From assembly GCA_965215885.1 (NCBI GenBank), contig CBDCEW010000101.1:96001-160000 (forward strand): DNA of 64,000 nt. Reading direction: 5' to 3'. Of this stretch, positions 61,356-64,000 are shown in pieces (position 1 is the stretch's first letter; every line of letters starts with the position of its first letter). The DNA is from Candidatus Moanibacter sp. GTDB taxonomy: Bacteria > Verrucomicrobiota > Verrucomicrobiia > Opitutales > UBA2987. The notes beneath the pieces were generated by a model. It was not told the origin of the DNA and did no database searches. It saw nothing but the letters and a program-made list of their open reading frames with translations. The position numbers and the translations under genes are program-made.

Positions 61356-62207
61356 TCAAGCTTGTCCGGATTTTTCGGAGTAGATTTCCCAGTGTTTTTG
61401 AATTTCGACTGGCGCCAACGGACCGTTGTGCAGAATCATACGATATCGGTGGCGAAGAGCTTCTCCGGCTGTCAAATCGATGGGACCCGGGATGCAAGGT
61501 GCAGGATTGATACCTCTCTGGCCATCGACGCGCCAGTGCGCCGGATGGCGGGGATTGTCCCGATGATCGAGCAGGGAGATGCCGGCGCTCACATCACCTC
61601 TGTTCACAGGCATGAACAGATCGACCCAGGCAGCGGGCTGCTGTTCGGTGGCGTCGTCGTGCAGTCCCGTCGAACTGACAACGTTTGCCCCGCGCTCATC
61701 GCGATAGGGCATCCGGATGAAGAGCCCGCCGTAGGTACCCTGATCGATGTGCAAGTCTTGAATTGCCTGCAAGGTCCAGTCCAGGTCTAAGTAGAGCAGG
61801 TCGTCCGCAGGATGAAGTGACCAGGTCTGCTGCTCCCTTAGAAGATCGGTCCCTTTGTCGTGGCGCCATATCGCTTCAATTGTCCAGCAAGGTGTGTTGT
61901 TACTCGCTATGCGGGGCACCTTCGGATCGATAGTTCCGATGATGGCATTAGCGCGCTGCCCCGGATCGAACCAGAAGTCGCATCCGTTAACACCGTGGAA
62001 CCCCGTCTGGATGCCGTGCTGCCAGGGGTGGTGCCATGGGCTGTCTTCCGTGAGGCATGTTTGGCCGTCCGGACCACGCAGGGGATGAATGTAAGGGCGA
62101 AGTCCGTGGCGGGCGTTGTGTTGAAGGACAATTCGGCCCGATTCCGCTTCATCGATGAAAAGGCAGCCGTTGTCGATGCGTATGTTCCAGCGAGTGGTAG
62201 TTGACAT
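61356..62207 (-). CDS. DUF6807/PmoA-like family protein
   Basis: RPYIHPL, HPWQHG, YGGLFIR, DH..NPRHP..W. Confidence 0.7.
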   Translation of the reverse strand: MSTTTRWNIRIDNGCLFIDEAESGRIVLQHNARHGLRPYIHPLRGPDGQTCLTEDSPWHHPWQHGIQTGFHGVNGCDFWFDPGQRANAIIGTIDPKVPRIASNNTPCWTIEAIWRHDKGTDLLREQQTWSLHPADDLLYLDLDWTLQAIQDLHIDQGTYGGLFIRMPYRDERGANVVSSTGLHDDATEQQPAAWVDLFMPVNRGDVSAGISLLDHRDNPRHPAHWRVDGQRGINPAPCIPGPIDLTAGEALRHRYRMILHNGPLAPVEIQKHWEIYSEKSGQA

Positions 62208-62239
62208 GGTTAATGGAACGATTTGGTCGATGGAAGCGG

Positions 62240-63606
62240 TCAGCTATCGGCAGAATGGCATTGTCTCGTATCGATGGAAGGAAAGGTGTCACTGGCTTTT
62301 GAACAATACTCCTGCAGATAGGCCCGGTGCTGTTTCAGGATATTGAAATAGTCCGTGTTTCTCGCCAGGTTTAGGGTCTCGCCGGGGTCATGTTCCATGT
62401 CTACAAGGGATTCGCGATGACCACCCCTGTTGTAGATGCAATACTTGAATCTCTCGCTACGGACCATTCGGCCATCGACATGCGGAATCATTCCGTCGAT
62501 TGCCGCCCCCTGGACAAACTGGGTCTCGCACACAATCCAATCCCGTTCAGCAGTTCTTCCGCGTCCCAGGGTGACATCGAGTGCGCTAATTCCCGGTAAT
62601 TCAGAGGGGATACCGATCCCAGCTATGTCACACAGCGTGGGGATCAGGTCAATGCCGGTTTGCACAATTTGACTGGATAGACTCGATCCTGCTCTCTCGG
62701 GATGGGATACAATGAAGGGTACACGAGAGGATTCATCGTAGAAAACGGTCTTCTGATTCCAGCAATGTGCACCCTGAGCGTCACCGTGGTCGGAGAGAAA
62801 AAGAATCACAGTATTTCCCTTCTGACCGGCCGTCTCCAGACTGCTCAACAATCGCCCAATTTTCTCATCGACGATCTCGACCATTCTGTAATAGGCCCAC
62901 AGATACTCTCTCCATTCTCTCTCCCCGAAATCACCAACCGGGAAGGTGGTGCTCGCTTGGTAGGAGCGACGCAACAGAGTTATCGCCTCCGTCTCGTCGT
63001 TTTCCGGGAGATGATTGTGTTTAAGAGGGGGACACTTCTCAATAGGCGGCGGTGAGTCGAGTTTTCCGTCCGGAAGCGCCCCTCTCTCGCCGCGACCCCA
63101 CTCACAGATGTTGTGTGGGTTGTTGTAGGAGGCGACGAGAAAGAATGGCGCATCTCGCGGCATTTTCAGAAAGCGAATGGCCTCATGGCCTCATCCAAAT
63201 TGTGGAGATCCGCCCCGTTGTTGCGGATGTTGGCACAATATCGGAAGCCGTGTGTTTCAGGGTCTTCAATGGGATACGGCACGTGCCATTTTCCAACGTA
63301 ACCTGTGTCGTATCCCGCATCCCTGAAGATTCTGCCCAGGCCAGGGAACGCCGATAGATCCTTCGATCGGTCGGCGTTTGACAGCACACCGGTCTCATGC
63401 GGGTAGCGTCCTGTAAGCATCGAAGTGCGGGAGGGGACGCAAAGAGGGTGAGGACAATAAGCCCGGGTAAAGAGCATCCCATTCGCTGCCAAACTGTCCA
63501 TTGCCGGTGTCGTGATGTAGTCGCTTCCAATGCGGCAACTCATCGCGTCGGAAGATTGCTGATCAGTCATGATCAAAAGTATGTTTGGACTTTTGCTGTT
63601 AGCCAT
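62240..63606 (-). pseudogene. Sulfatase frameshifted by an 8-bp tandem duplication
   Basis: PNILLIMTDQ, CVPSR and GKWH in the 5' ORF; SDHG and FYDES in the 3' ORF; GGCCTCAT occurs twice at 63179-63194. Confidence 0.88.
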
Positions 63607-63658
63607 GCGCTACATTTGATTCCGTGCCTAGAGGCCCCGATCCACCACTGACGGCGTC

Positions 63659-64000
63659 CTAACAGGTTACGTCCTTGCCTTCGCTCCCGAACACCTCCAG
63701 GCGATCGTCTGTGGAAGTCTCCTCAACCCCATCCGGGATAAAATGGAGTTGGAGCGATCGGCGGCTGCAATCTGACAGATTGGCTGGGGTGCCGTGATGA
63801 AGGAGACCGTGCCAGAACAGAATTCCCCCGGGCTTTAGAGGCACTGCGACGACCCGGGTACGCGCAATATGGGTGTCGCAGAGCTGCCAGTCTCTTCGCC
63901 GGAAGTGCACGACGGGCCCCTCTCGGTGGCTACCCGGGATAACATGCATACAACCGTTTTCTGGTGTAGCTTCATCGAGGGCGATCCACACGCTCACGAT
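63659..64000 (-). CDS. PhyH-family dioxygenase, 3' part (5' end outside window)
   Basis: WIALDEATPENGCMHVIPGSH, LKPGG.LFWHGLLHHG. Confidence 0.85.
   Translation of the reverse strand: MVSVWIALDEATPENGCMHVIPGSHREGPVVHFRRRDWQLCDTHIARTRVVAVPLKPGGILFWHGLLHHGTPANLSDCSRRSLQLHFIPDGVEETSTDDRLEVFGSEGKDVTC

Noticed and set aside
61356..62207. Particulate methane monooxygenase subunit A
   Set aside because: The protein lacks multiple TM helices and pmoB/pmoC neighbours; the PmoA-like label of this family does not imply methanotrophy.
1..64000. rRNA/tRNA genes and the many antisense or shadow ORFs in the track
   Set aside because: No rRNA or cloverleaf signature was recognised by eye; shadow ORFs overlap motif-supported genes and are expected in GC-rich DNA.

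Overview
A heavily rearranged accessory region of a moderately GC-rich bacterium. The ECF sigma/Ser-Thr kinase pair, several sulfatases and PhyH-type dioxygenases suggest a PVC-like (possibly Verrucomicrobia) organism, but this is inference only. Gene content: glycan and sulfate-ester catabolism (GH20, GH4, GH116, three sulfatases, an enolase-family dehydratase, an Ogl-like lyase, oxidoreductases), at least six PhyH/2OG-Fe(II) dioxygenase genes or fragments, four type II toxin-antitoxin pairs, two ECF sigma modules and an IS-disrupted LRR surface protein. Mobile content: seven IS copies or remnants, several MITEs and several families of intergenic palindromic repeats. Main highlights: (1) a tandem four-helix-bundle (Avd/IVS-like) gene bracketed by 12-bp-periodic palindromic repeats, which also form gene-less arrays elsewhere, suggesting an undescribed repeat-plus-cognate-protein system; (2) a hidden selenoprotein with an in-frame UGA in a U-S-T-C motif that joins two ORFs; (3) an IS4 inserted exactly at the start codon of a DGPF-ECF42 operon, separating it from its predicted promoter; (4) ISs inserted in or beside GTAG-type REP hairpins; (5) a MITE and its collapsed 12-bp remnant; (6) two interleaved mosaic segments that look like consensus artefacts of a heterogeneous population. 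No rRNA, tRNA or CRISPR array was recognised. All family assignments come from motif recognition by eye, not from database searches.
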